DNA of 64,000 bases from Eledone cirrhosa (GCA_964016885.1 OZ024743.1:295554001-295618000); one strand, 5' to 3'; counted from the stretch's first letter, positions 1 to 13,060 are shown. Program-made: numbers and translations. Notes: generated by a model not told the origin, from the letters alone.

Positions 1-860
1 TATTCTTAGACCTATCCTTTCTACAGATTGCATTGTATAGTCTTCAAAGATAGATAGTATCGTGACGACATCTTTGGACAGCTGCTTATGATGTGGGTGG
101 CATCGTTGTTTATTCCTCGAAGTTTGCATTTGTTGTTACATCTAGTTGATTTACCTGCGTCTTTATCTCATTTGTGTATCAGATATTTTGTATTTTTTCC
201 CATTCTTCGATTACGAAAACATATCCCCAATGTCAGAGCCAAATTACCGGTTGTTGGTAAAAGATGGACTGCTTTGCTTATTTAAATTCCCCACTTTGAA
301 GCTTTCTTGGAACATATATACATGAGATTATACTATAAATGAGATTATACACTTAGTGGTTTGTAGATGTCGGAGGGATATGAAGCTACCCTCAAATACT
401 GTTTGGATTGATGTTAAACCTATGCCTCCCTGCTTACGTTTCATGTAGAGGCGGACAGTGTCACTGTTGATTTCCGCTGCCAGTTAGAACGTTTCGGGTT
501 TTATCATCGGATCTCATTAAGCGTCCAGTCAAGTAGTCCAAATGTAGGTGTTAGCACAAGCACAGCAAACGAATTGTGAGCTACTGATTTATTGTGCAAA
601 GAGAGTTCAGAAGATCATATATTTTCTTATTCGGATATTACATTCCCTGGTTTGTCGTCCCTTGTTACAAATACCATCATTGGATATTATTTCAACTGTC
701 CCTAAGTATCTGTAGTATTCTTCGTTAAATACTGGTGAAACAACCACGCCATTAATAGTAATGTTCCTAGATTTGGCTTTTAAGTTTGTATGTGACAAAC
801 TGCAATATGGTCACATTTACATCATATGTTTTCTATTTGACAGTATCAAATATTCGCTAA
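1..860 (-). mobile_element. Degenerate R4/Dong-like non-LTR retrotransposon fragment (RT thumb region)
   Basis: Minus strand gives EEYYRYLG (ORF 607-798) and SDTVRLYMKRKQGGIGLTSI near 410-470. These match YKYLG and DVDRLYLRRSEGGRGLISI in the Dong copies elsewhere in the window. Frameshifted. Confidence 0.7.
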
Positions 861-861
861 T

Positions 862-862
<1 letters not shown>

Positions 863-903
<41 letters not shown>

Positions 904-1215
904 CGCGTGTGCGTGTGTGTATGTGTGTGTGTGTGCATGTGTGTGTTTGTGTGTGTATGTGTGTATATGTGTGTGTATCTCTGCATGTGTATTTATATAT
1001 TCTAGCACAGTACCTGACAAATATGAGGGTGTTTCATGTAAACACGATTTGATTTTATGATTACAATATTTTCTATGTATCCTTGATTTTCTTTGCCCAT
1101 CCCTCACTTCCCTGATAGAAAAATAGATAAACAAAAATATATATTTCTGCGCGCGCTTGTGTGTGTGTGCATGTGTGTGTATGTATGTTTCTGTGTGTGT
1201 ATGTTTGTGTGTGTA
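863..1215. repeat. (TG)n / compound TG-TA microsatellites
   Basis: Directly visible dinucleotide runs at 863-980 and 1160-1215. Confidence 0.95.
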
Positions 1216-1449
1216 TAGATATATAGAATGGGGGTTTATTGTCCTGAGATAGATAACAAATGATAACACCAATGGACCACTGACCTGCTTCTTTATAATG
1301 TGAAAGAGAGAAAGCTAGGTAGGAATGAATGTATTAAATGAATAACCATTTCAAGGTTAACAGTAGTAGCAAAATGTGGTAGTCATTATTTGAGACTTGT
1401 GTTTTTGTCTATATATATAACCACACAGCCCAGTCTCTCCCAATTCATA

Positions 1450-1487
<38 letters not shown>

Positions 1488-1488
<1 letters not shown>

Positions 1489-3436
1489 CGGCGATGAATT
1501 AGTTTTGCGAGGTTTTTTATATGAAATCGTGTGTCGAAACAAATATTGTTATACTTGGGGAGAGTCTAATATTGCCAGAATTAATAACAGAACACACTCA
1601 CTGTTTGGTTGGTTTTCGCTTTTCGCTTCAGTGTCTTTTATATCGGTAATCTAATTTATTCGGTCCTCAATGTTGCCATTGACTGACCGACGGTCAAAAA
1701 TAATACAGATACAATATAGACACAAACACATATATATAGTTTATCAAAGTTCTTTCGTTGCACATCTGCAACATCGTCAGTGGTGCTATTGTTTCCTCCC
1801 GTTACATTGTATGTCTACGCCATTTTTATTTAGTCTGTCTATATATTTATTTATTTGTTTGTTTGTTTATTTTATTTTGTCATTTTTGCGCATGCGTTTG
1901 CGTGTGTGTATAGTGTTTTGTTTGATGTGTGTTCGTGATTGGGTGACTGTGTATTGGTTAATGTATTCTATCTTTACTAGTGTGTGTTTATAAGTGTTTG
2001 TTGTTATTGTGCTTGTGTATGTATTTATTTATTTATTTATCTATTTCTTTATTTATTTATTTATACTTCTCTTAGGTCAGTGTTGTTTGTTTGGGTGTTG
2101 TTATTCCATTCATTATTTCTGTTTAGTCTCGGCCTTCTAAGTTCTATTTCACTGGCCTCTCTGATTTGCCTATCTGCTGGGTCATTTCTATGTTTAGATA
2201 TTATTCTAATTTCTATGTTGTCTATGTTACCGTCGTGTTGTTGTCTGGCATGTTCGTATAGTACTGACCCGTTTTTTCGTCCTTTTAGTTCCCCAGTGTT
2301 GGTCTATCCTTTCACCTATGCTACGAGCTGTCTCGCCTATGTATGTTGTTGTCATGTTTCTGCAAGTACCCTCTGTACATCTTATGCTATAGACTACGTT
2401 TCTATTTTTACAGTTTATCCGGGGGTTTACCTTACATATGATACATTTCCTATTAGTACAGTGGGTTTTCTTAAAAGGGTAGGTTTTGTTGATCAGGGAT
2501 TTTATGGTGGTTCCTGGCTTTTCTACCACCTTAATCTTTAAGTGGGTCTTTCTCAGGGCCTTTCTACACTGGTTAGCTAATTTCCCTCCAGGGGTAGCGT
2601 CCACAAACATGACAGTGGTATCTCTGGTTGTCGTACCATGAGGTGGCTTTCCCTATCTTATGTCTAGCCCTATCTAAGCTATTCCATGATTTGCTCCTGT
2701 ATAATGGGCAAATTCCTTTCATATCCAGTTCTATGACGGTCCTATTCTTCTCTATGGCTCCTTCGTATACTCTGACTCTGTCTCTTTGGTTGTAGCCAGA
2801 GAACTGCATGCGGTTGATGAAGTGTTGGATGTGTCTTTCCAGTTCTGTTGGGTCGCACATGCGGGACACATTCTTCATCACTCGTACCAAATCTGCGATC
2901 AGAATATTAAACTTAGCACTACTGGACATTGCTGAGTTTTTGATTATCAGGTATTTGGAGGCCATGGGTTTAGCATAATGTGAGTGGAAGATTTGGGCTC
3001 TCTCGTCTATAGTGTTAATCCAGAGTTCCGTGTCTAATACAGGTAGTCTATTGTTAGGGTGTTTGGAAGGTAAGTCAATAGTTACAGTTATACTCTGGTG
3101 TATGGAATTAGCTATCTGCTGGATGCTTTCCATTGTTCTACGTTCTAAATCAAACTTGTTAGTGCTCTCTAGTGGGGATGTTCTTATAACTATATTGATA
3201 TCGTCTACGTAACGAGAGTACATGATGAGGTCTATGGAGCTCTCATTAAGGAGATCTTTAAGTCTCCTTTCCCACCATACCATGAAAAGGTTGGCAACAT
3301 CACCAGCTATGCTGACGCCAATGGCTGCTTCCTCATTTTGGGTGTAGATCTTCTCGTTGAACTTGAATATGTGGCCCTTTAGGGTAGTTTTGATACTAGC
3401 CCCTATTGCATGTGCGACCATTTTTCTTACCTGATC
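1488..3436 (-). mobile_element. Penelope-like element, 5'-truncated (RT + C-terminal GIY-YIG + pseudo-LTR)
   Basis: ORF 2573-3460 has AIGVSIAGDVANLFM, YSRYVDD and LPVLD. ORF 2227-2610 has VVYSIRC...YIGETARSIGERIDQH (GIY-YIG). The 3' region recurs at 42.1-42.35 kb and 44.6-45.15 kb. Confidence 0.9.
1743..1784 (-). ncRNA. Minimal type I hammerhead ribozyme motif in Penelope pLTR
   Basis: Minus strand: acca-CTGACGA-t-GTTGCA-gatg-TGCAAC-GAAA-gaa-CTT-tgat. One stem I mismatch. Confidence 0.7.
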
Positions 3437-3595
3437 AAATTTGGGGGAGGGGAAAGTCAATTAAATCGACCACAGTGCGTGACTTGTACTTTATTTTATC
3501 CTCCCCGTAAGGATGAAAGGCAAAGTTAACCTCGGCGGGATTTGAACTCAAATTTGAACTCAAATTTGCTGGCATTGTGCCTATATAAGAAACCA
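3437..3595. mobile_element. tRNA-like SINE copy with inverted body and sense 3' tail
   Basis: 3437-3550 is the reverse complement of the SINE body (gagttcaaatcccgccgagg...ccccaaatt). 3561-3595 is the SINE tail in + orientation. Confidence 0.8.
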
Positions 3596-3659
3596 ATATA
3601 TATATATATATATACATATCAAAATGTATAAATGTATATATATAAATGTATATATAGTG

Positions 3660-5246
3660 AAAGAATGAAAAGTAACATGGTTGGCTGTACAATAAGGGGC
3701 TTTATTTCAAGTACTGACAATTGTTTCATTGATCACGTGAGTCTAGAGGTCGTTAATCGCTTGAAGTTGCGTCACTCGATCTCCAATACATTATTTTCCT
3801 CTGATCGTAGATATAAAAATAATTTACTCGAGGCAAAATATATATAGAAGAATAGCGTATAATCAAAACAATAACATCAATAATAAATTGTATATGGTAA
3901 ATAGGTAGAGAAGTTACCGATGTAAAAAGTAAAAAGTAAAAGATAAGATAGGATACATTAAAAGAGTAAGAAAATAAGAAAATGGAAAATATAAAGAAAT
4001 AAATAAGGATAAGTGAGAGCATGTAAGTACAGAGTATGTTGGTGGTGGTGGTGGTGAGTAAGTGTTCTTATAAGGATTCTTTGGTGGATTTAGTGCTAAC
4101 ATAAAAAACCAAATTCGAAATATACATAGATACGTGTAGAGAGTCTGATGTAGTGACAGATAAAAGAAAAAAAACAATAAATTAGAGATTAATTGGGAGA
4201 TACACGTATGAGATTTAAGGGCTAGGGGTGGATTGTGAAGGGAGGTTTGACAAACGTGTGTTGTAAATGTTTTGCTGATTGTTCGATCTTAATGAGATTG
4301 GTGCTGTTTCAGAGGAAGAGGGTGAAAGAGATATTCAGAGATTTATGATCCAGTGACTAGTTGGCCGTTTAACAGCTAATGGTGTGTAATCTATATGCTA
4401 AAATCTAGGTGTTTCAGTTCTAATTTTGGGATTGCTGGTTCAAATTATGGTGGTTTGAAGTTTGTGAATCTGGTAGCTATTTTATGCCTACAGAAAATTG
4501 ATCTTTCTATTTTGCTGTTAAGCAGCATCCCATCGTAGCTTAAAATATGGAGTAGTTCTAAATTACAAAGTCCGCAGTGGGACATTCCGTTGCTGTAGGC
4601 CCTTGCTACCGATAATTTTGACCAGCTAATCTTATATTCTTGGTTTTTTGTTTTTAAGCTGCCAGATTTTATTGGCGAACGTTGTAGAGTTCTCCAGTCT
4701 ACGGTTCTTCATGGAGTGTCTGTGGACGTACCATCTTTTCTTGAACTTCCCAGCCGTGGAACCTATGTAGTGCCAAGTAGAGTTGCCTGAATTTACAGTA
4801 CACAGGTACACCATACTCGAATCCAGGCATCTATTTTGTAGTGGGCACTTATCCGGTAGGTGGCAATTACAATTTGAGGTTTTTCTGTAGGCAGATTTTC
4901 AGTTGCGGTTTTGTAAGTTGTTGTGGGTGTGTTGCGATTTAGGCCTATTAGTGTTTTGTTGTGATGCGCTCTGATGTGTTTGTGGTTATGATGTTGTTAT
5001 GTGTTTGCGTTTTGTATTTGGTGCTATGGTATATGTTGGTAGGTTAATTTTTTAGAGATATTTTGTGGTTGATTTTACGTATGTGTGGTTCGATGCTGGC
5101 TGCAGTAGAGAAGGATAGTTTTATAGTTTTTCTATTAAAGATTCTATGGTATTTGTGTAGTGTCGGAAGTGCTTGTCTATTAGCTTAAAGAATGTAGAAG
5201 GTAGTTTCGTTTCTATAAAGGAGTTTACTATTGGATTGAACCATAA
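3660..5246 (-). mobile_element. Naiad-type Penelope-like element, 3' fragment
   Basis: Minus strand encodes LWFNP, CNCHLPDKCPLQNRCL, MVYLCTV...YIGST (GIY-YIG) and CGLC...E...LLN. Degenerate. Confidence 0.8.
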
Positions 5247-5249
5247 ATG

Positions 5250-5280
5250 TATATATATATATAACTATTTATATATATAA

Positions 5281-5346
<66 letters not shown>
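5250..5346. repeat. (TA)n microsatellite
   Basis: Direct observation. Confidence 0.95.
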
Positions 5347-5349
<3 letters not shown>

Positions 5350-5350
<1 letters not shown>

Positions 5351-6250
5351 AGGCTAGTTCGAACTAGCTTACAAATTTAGAAGGGCCCTAAATAAACTTA
5401 AACTAAATATTAAGATAGTGGAAAGACCAGGTACCTCCATAAAACACTTATTAGTAATACATACCCTTTTCAAAGACCTCTCTGTATAGATAGGAAATGC
5501 ATAATCTGTAAACTAAACCCCCATAATAACTGTAAAACTAGAAACATAATATATAGCATAAGAAGTACTGAGGGACAATGTAAAGATAAAAATATAATGT
5601 ACATAGGTGAGACAGCTCGTGGCATAGGAGGACGATTAAATGAACACTGGCGAGAACTTTAAGATAGAAAAGACTCATCAGTACTCCACCAACATGCTAA
5701 AATATAACATAAGGGCAAATTAGAGAACATACAAATAAAAATAGAATCTACGCACAGAAAAGACGGAATGTTTAGACAAATCAGAGGCAATAAAAATAAA
5801 TGAACTCCAACCAAAATTAAATAGAAAACATGAATGGAATAGCAACATCACTACTCACAATTAAGGACAAAACGAAAACACACACACATGGAACAAACAA
5901 CTAACTAGTAACATATAAATAAACAAATAAATAAATAAATAAAAACACACACAGACACCCGGATGTAACACATGCGCAAACTAAGCACCCACACACACAA
6001 AAACAAGATGGCGTAGGACAGAACAAAAGAGAGGCACAAAACAAAGAAAAGAATCCCCAGTCACTGAAGACGTCACAGAATGTGTGACGAAAGAACTTTG
6101 ACAATATATGAACAACCGTCTGTTTGTGGAACCAACCAGCCAACCGGAAATTTATAATAAATTGAAGTGAAAGCAGGTGGTGCGTGTGTTTCTTATTGGC
6201 AACATGACCCTCCCAAAGTATAACAATATCGGTTTCATCACACGTTTTCA
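5350..6250 (+). mobile_element. Penelope-like element 3' fragment (GIY-YIG + pLTR), related to the 1488-3436 copy
   Basis: Encodes KIVERPGTSIK, CIICKLNP, NIIYSI and MYIGETARGIGGRLNEHW, with stops. Followed by a hammerhead motif. Confidence 0.85.
6060..6102 (+). ncRNA. Minimal type I hammerhead ribozyme motif
   Basis: gtca-CTGAAGA-c-GTCACA-gaatg-TGTGAC-GAAA-gaa-CTT-tgac. Stems I and II pair fully. Confidence 0.78.
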
Positions 6251-6305
6251 GAAATATATATATACACGTCTTCGAAATATATATATATATATATGTATGT
6301 AAATG

Positions 6306-6352
<47 letters not shown>

Positions 6353-6376
6353 GTGTGTGTGTGTGTGTGTGGTGTG

Positions 6377-6423
<47 letters not shown>

Positions 6424-6519
6424 AATAGTAAATATTACCCAACTACAAGTATGAAAGTAGCTCAATGTAAAACAACACTTATATTACAGAGACGAAATAC
6501 AATATAAATGACAATGAAA

Positions 6520-9300
6520 GTGTGTTTAAAACATTCAATCACTTACGATGGTTTCATCCTAGCTGTAGGCCGATAATATCGGAGTATATAATAAAGGTCA
6601 AACACAACTATAGTATCAGAACTTTGTCACAAGAACATTAGGAGGATACATAATAAGGGAGGTGATATAAGCATAAGTATCAACATTTATATAAGGTAAC
6701 AGAGGCGGAAGAAGCATATGAAGAATAGGAGCATATAAATGCAATAAAGTTTAGGAGCAGACAAAAGCATTAAACATCAAAAATTAAAAAAACATGCGGT
6801 TACAGAAAAATTCTATAACATGCTGCTACAGAAAGTTTAAGTAGAGTGAAAAATATATATCATAAGCAATAAATAAAATCAATAAAGTTAATAAGAGAAG
6901 TCATGCAATTCTTATATATATTTAAAAGTACATCTCCAAAAAATATTTCTAATAATGCATTTAAAAAAAAAATTTTTAATAATGCATTTTAAAAAAGTTC
7001 GACTACGTAATTCAATCATAATGATAATTATTATTTTTCAAATTTTGAGTAAATAGAATCATCAAAGTAAATATCAAATATAGATTGAAGTGTTCTCAAG
7101 GCACATCATCTAAAAGTTAGAGGAGACGCAGTCATATATCCTTAAGCGTAAAAAATCTCCAACTTAGCATAGAATTTAAAAAGATATCCATAAAAAGCGG
7201 TTAAGACGAAAATAAAAATAAAGGGGAGGTAATTCATGCAAGACATTCTATATATTAGAGAGTTATTATATATTAATAAAGAAAAATAGAAAGATTTAGG
7301 GTTAATGATTGTAGAAATAAAGATTATTTTTAAATAATAAGTTTACAAAATACAGATAAAAAAGTATCTATATATATACTAAGATACTATTTATTATTAA
7401 AAAAATAATTATATATACATAAAATGTTAAGCAATACACTAGTTAATTTTGCAAGTATTAAAAAGATACTAGTAAAAAATATGTGGGAAGCAATGGTTAT
7501 TATATATAATATTAGCATAAATAAATCTAAGTGTGGTTTGTTTGAAAAGAATGTAATTATAAGTCACCTAAATGTGAAGGGGTGGTTATAATAAATTGTA
7601 ATCGCAATAGAAGGGATCAGAGAGGGGAAGTGTGAAGTATGGTAGACACTATATAGTTGTTAAACATATTATAAACTTTTAGGTATAATTATACAATGAT
7701 ATTAATGTTACTGAAAAAATACGGTATGAATCTACATAGATATAAATTAGTTACTATGTCTAAAATAGTTAAAAGAATGTTGGTTAACATGAGGAAAAGT
7801 GGAAACATTTTCAGATTTCCTATTTAATAAATTTAGTTTAGAATAAATAATAGTATGGGACTCAAGAAGGCAAAGGTTACAACATTTATTGGGAGGTTTA
7901 TAAGAAGTTTCGGCATTCCCTTTCCAGGTCAGGGTGTAATGTGTATTATTATTCTTCAAAAATGATATAAAACTAGGTAAATATGTTGCATTCTTAAGCT
8001 TAGAGTTCTTGAAAGTATGAAGATGGTAATTATACCTCGGCTTAAAACTATTCGAAGTAGAAGCGATATAGGTTTTGGAGTCGGTGGAAGAGGTGACAGT
8101 AAATGAATAAACAATTTCTTAACAAGGCAATATCTATTAAGAGGGCATACATTATCAGGTTTACAATTACAGTTACAGGTATTGATTAAGCAGTTTTGTG
8201 GGTAAATTGTGAAGACTTATTAGAATTAGATATATGAGTGCTAGAATTGCTATTAATGTTCCTATAATTCCTAGATATTAATGTTTTATGAGAGTGGTTA
8301 CAAGTATTATTAGGTACAATATTGTTAAGCATACTACTGGTTATGAATTTTTATTTAAGTTGTAAGAATTAAAATATCTATTAATTTTGTGTTATTACTA
8401 CTCGCTTAGCAATGTTAGGTGTGTTAGAGTACGAGATTTTAATGGTATTTTTATTTATTAAATTATGGTATTTGTGATTAAGTGGAAAATTATTTTCAAT
8501 AATAGAGAAGAATACTCTAGGTATGTTAGAAACATTTAAGTTGAAAGGTGGATTGAAATATGGATTAAGCCTACTTCTTTTTTTTTGTTACTAATATGTA
8601 TCCCTAAAGTGATTAGGATTAAACTATTTTGATTATTACCTTCAGTATTATGTTTATTATTACAGATGTTAGGTTTTGTGTTAGTACTATACTTTTTATT
8701 CACAATAGTTTTCTTAGCTTTAAGATGTTTGTTATTATAGAGAAAATGGCCATTAATGCTGGATAAACAGTAGAAGGTAGCATGTCATTATTTAACCCAC
8801 TGTTTCCATTAATACTATTATTATCTTTATTAGTTTCTATATTTCTAGTTTTTTCATAGCCATATTATGTGAAATAATATTAGGTTGTTTATTATATTAG
8901 TGAGCAAAAGAGATTTTAGGCATAACATTTTGGTTAAAGGTAGCTTCATTTTATGATAAATTACTAATTCTATTAGATACACGTTTAGTAAGTGAATTTA
9001 AGACAGATCTAGGGTGGTTAGAATTGATATCAACGTAAAAATGTTTTTCATTGGGTTTATGGTAAGGTGTAAAAGTTTTAGAAACCTAGCATAAGGTAAC
9101 GTCAAGGAAATTAAGTTTCGGTGTTCTTATCCAAAATAATACCTAGGTTAAAACTTTTGAATAATTTATCTAGTTCTTTCCTAGTTCTTTTAATATTACA
9201 TTTTTTAATAATCTAACATGAATAAGGCATCATTGCGATATAATCCACCCTTCAGGTGTGGTAAAATTTTGTGAATTTCATTTAAAGGGTATAATCATTT
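6520..9300 (-). mobile_element. Naiad-type Penelope-like element, degenerate (RT end, linker, GIY-YIG, long 3' region)
   Basis: Minus strand: GGLYRNDA near 9235, NFLDVT, YFNPPFN, CNCKPDNVCPL, TYIAST and CNLCLLE...LLNRKSE (ORF 7747-7959). The extent of the 3' region is uncertain. Confidence 0.75.
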
Positions 9301-9306
9301 ACATTG

Positions 9307-9360
<54 letters not shown>

Positions 9361-9501
9361 CCTAAGCAGAAGAAGAATTAATGAGGACAGCGCAACAGAC
9401 TTGTTCGTACACCGATGACTATCAGAAGCCAATAAAATGTCATACTTACCTCTCAGGCCATTAAATAAGGCTATATTAACTCTTCGGAAATCAGCCCAAT
9501 A

Positions 9502-9536
<35 letters not shown>

Positions 9537-10026
9537 TACACACACAATGTCTGTGTATGTGCGCGTTTCTCTGTGTATGCGACTTAATGGTTAGTGATAC
9601 TGAAAAAATGTGTAACCATTATTGTATATTGGTTATGACAAATTTTTCCCTTTTGTCTTTCTTTCAACTTTTTATTATTTCAATAATAAAATATTCCTTC
9701 TGTCTTGCTTTCACAATTTAATTTACATTGTCTCCACACACCCAACCTTCCCATTCGTCCGTTCTCATAAATTTTATGTAGAATGTATAAATTTGTATTC
9801 GGTAAGAAGAATAAAACATATCTTTTCCTTCTCGTACGTATACATTTTTGACATTTTTTCTTCATTATTGATATTTTAAAACAATGTCTTAAGTTAACCT
9901 CTGTTTAAAGTTCATAGGTGGAATTAATGAAGCAGACAAATAACTATATAAATAGTTTGAATAATGGATTATGATGAGTTATGGCCAACAAAAGAAAGAT
10001 GTTTCAAAATTCCTTTGTGGCTCAGC

Positions 10027-10127
<101 letters not shown>

Positions 10128-10599
10128 ATAACAGTAAAAAAGTAATTGAGAAAAATTACTTGCAAATATGATAATGTTGATCATAATAATAATGGCTTCT
10201 CGTTTAGGTACATATATAGCAGTTTTTGTTTGCGAAACGTAGTCGATGATATCGACCCTCATTCTTCAGTAGTTCTTTGTTTTTGCGATTTGGGAAAGAT
10301 GAGATCAAAGTTTCAACTTTGTTGGTTTGAATTCAAAATGTAAAGAGCCAGAAATAATTCTCAAACATGTTGTCTAACTTTAGCGAATCTTCTAACCTAC
10401 CACCTTGAAATAATGTTTTATAATTTAGGTATACATCCCTCAATTTGGTTAAATTAAATCGATACCGATATTTGATTGGTAGCCTATTTAATCAACCTCG
10501 TAGTGAAGAAAATATATGTTGACAACACTGGGATTTTAACTCTGTAACTAAATATTTGATTTGTCCTAGGCTCTAACGGTTCTGTGAATCGAACTCCCC

Positions 10600-11260
10600 T
10601 TTTGCCCTGATAATAGTCCTCTTCTTTGCCCCTCTCGGGAGGGTCGTAAGAGCAGTGACCTCAAATGTCTTCCAGCAATGGTTGCCACAAAACAACCACC
10701 TCCAATTAAACTGGCTGAATTCTCAATCAAGGTCCAGCCGATTTCAAACATGCTATGTAACCCTATTGCTCGTGGTCTCTCCCTGGGCCTCCTGCCTGTT
10801 AATTTTACCTGTAAAATCTGTCGTGATTCTTTCTTTAGATATTCTAACCTCGTGTCTGCAATATCGGAGCTGTGATCTCCCCATGTGGAGAAGTAGTGAT
10901 TCTAGCTGGAGCGGATCGCTCATCTCCGAAATTAGCATTCTATTGAGTAACAATACTCTAAGGATCCTTCGGCTTGCTTTGGCCATCATCACCATAAGTA
11001 AGGGTCGCCGCAAATACAAAAGTGAATATAGGGAATTTGGCTTTTATACCTCCCCACACTCTTCTGATTACCGAAGGTTGAAGCTGGTGAATTACTGCAC
11101 CAGTTTCTACAATACTTGAACTTAATTCAGCCTTCCACCACTCGTGAACATGGCTCCGAGACACTTGACCTTCTCTACTTGCTTTAGTGGACATCCTCTC
11201 ACAGCACTAATTTTCATTCCTTGCTTCACTCGACAGCAAACCTATCAACTGCATGTCTGA
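10600..11260 (-). mobile_element. RTE-clade LINE 3' fragment
   Basis: Peptides KAKFPIF...TLTYG, LESLLLHMGRSQLRYCRHEVRISKERI and LRSLLLRP resemble the RTE C-terminus (EPLLLHIERSQLRWxGH...LLPPRP). Frameshifted. Confidence 0.65.
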
Positions 11261-11669
11261 CATCACCTGATAATAATAAAGACAATAATATTCAGGCATA
11301 AACTTTTGAACGGAAACACATATATGTGAGAGGTACATAATCAGCTAAAATGACTCGTATATATAATTCAGTGTCTTTTATCGTTGCCTTGCAAGTAAAG
11401 ATAAAAAGGTAATTTTTTACCTCACTTTTAACAAACTCAACCCAACCCTACAATGTTAGGGCCAACAATGGCTGGAATTTCTGACAAAGTGTAATTGCTC
11501 TTTTCACAAAAATTGGAAATGTAAGCCCGTCTCTCATCATGTAACATTCTACCGTAGAGATACACTCGTGTACCTTTTTCTAACTTCAGACGAAAGATAA
11601 TTTAAACAGAAAACACTAGAATTTTCAGCTCAGTATTATAGCTGTATAATTTGGAAGCATCAATGAATG

Positions 11670-11930
11670 CGGGTGGTCGATTTCTTAAAGTACTGGGAAC
11701 AGAATAAAAAAGTTGTGGGTTCGATTCCGGGATTAGTTGTGTTCTTGAGCAAGCATCTCATTTCGCGTTTTTCAAGTTCACTCAACTGACAAATATGTAC
11801 CATTTGATGTTTGATGTTTGTAGCTGAAGTTACTACGGTCAGAAAACCTACCTATAGTGGATGCACTCTCAACCACGTCACATGAAACCAGGATAACCAA
11901 CAGACGGATGAGCTTCAACGTTAGAGAAAC
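11670..11930 (+). mobile_element. Degenerate tRNA-derived SINE with CORE-like domain
   Basis: B-box ggttcgattcc followed by gttgtgttcttgagcaag...ttcactcaactg. Homologous to 12845-13060 and 40949-41260. Confidence 0.6.
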
Positions 11931-12253
11931 ACATTTCTAAAAGTACTATAAAATTTCTCTACACACTTCCTTTTATCTATTGTCATTTACACACAAGCAC
12001 AGATATTCTTATATTTCTGGCACAAATACCTCCAGTGAAGGTAGACTTGATAAAATATGTATCGTAATCAAAGTATAAAGTATTGTCTACAACAAAATAT
12101 AAATGCACAATTTATGAATCGGATGTTCGTTGTCTTATCCAATCAGACGCTGTACGAATATTGAAAGGCAAAACATCAAATTCCACTTAATGTTAAACTG
12201 TTTTATCGGCTACATTTGTCGCAGCTACAAAAGACATGTTTTATGTCAATAAG

Positions 12254-12620
12254 AATGATTTCTATCGTTGGCATAAAGCCAGACATTTTCAGAAAGGGTA
12301 TAGTTAATTTAATCGATTCTGGTACTTGAATGAAAATTAGTTTATGGACACCATAAACTCTGAAGCACACCATATCTCAGTGGAATTTCAGCTGAGAGAG
12401 TAACAATCTGTAATTAAATAAGCGGAACACATTTCCTTCTGTACTGAACCTATTCAGATATCAAATGCCCCAATAAAGTCTGAACAAGCCTACAAATTTT
12501 AGGGTGGGTGTAATGGATAACATCGAAATAATTGATTCGTAATTATTTTTTTAACCTCGGAGGGATGAAATGTAAAGTCGCAATTGTAGAATTTTGAAAT
12601 TAGACTGCGAAAGGCATTTT
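12254..12620 (-). mobile_element. Two old, degenerate copies of the ATT-tailed SINE family
   Basis: Remnants gatttcta..ggcataaagcc, ggtact and ggagggatgaaatgtaaagtc match the younger copies. Confidence 0.5.
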
Positions 12621-12844
12621 GACTTGATTTATTTATTATGGAAAACTGTTTGGCTTCAATATGACTGGGCGACATAGTTTTTTATTTTTTGTTTTTGTTT
12701 TTTGTTTTCAATTAATCAAATCTAAAACATTTTTATTTTTTATATTTGTCACGTCGTTTTTGGTTCTGCGACATACACGGACTTATTCATAATCGCCGTA
12801 AAATATTACAATAACTAGAGATTCTAACAATGTTATATATTTGA

Positions 12845-13060
12845 AGGAGGCACGTGGCCCAGTGGTAAGTTTGTTGGACTTTCGATCATAATGTCGTGGT
12901 TTCTGTTCCGAGATTAGGTTGTCTGTTGTGTTCTGGAGAATAGCATTTCCCGTTGCTCCACTATACTCGGATGAAAATAAATACCAGCAATAGCTGATTG
13001 TTTAAACCGACACTGAAACCAGAATAAGCACCAGTCTGATGAACATCTGGACTTGAGATA
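12845..13060 (+). mobile_element. Degenerate tRNA-derived SINE with CORE-like domain
   Basis: A-box-like gtggcccagtgg, then gttgtgttctggagaa and gttgctccact. The tail tgaaaccagaataa is shared with the 11670 copy. Confidence 0.6.

Noticed and set aside
761-1272. ORFs rich in CV/HT/YI repeats here and at 6.2, 10.0, 39.2-40.8 and 62-63 kb
   Set aside because: They are translations of dinucleotide microsatellites, not genes.
3700-3790. Hammerhead-like GAAAC-AATT-GTC on the minus strand at the Naiad end
   Set aside because: No CUGANGA core upstream; at best a decayed relic.
4430-4880. Possible selenocysteine recoding in the Naiad GIY-YIG region
   Set aside because: The stop I could place (4632) is TAA and the Cys codons I read are ordinary. 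No in-frame TGA at a Cys position and no SECIS were recognised.
6540-6625. Minus-strand CTGATAC...GAAACCATCGTA hammerhead-like motif
   Set aside because: The core is mutated and stem I does not pair.
11420-11600. Possible host exon on the minus strand (AG...GAG|GTAAAA; peptide KLEKGTRVYLYGR)
   Set aside because: The 60-bp candidate exon has stops in all three frames and the peptide has no homolog I recognise.
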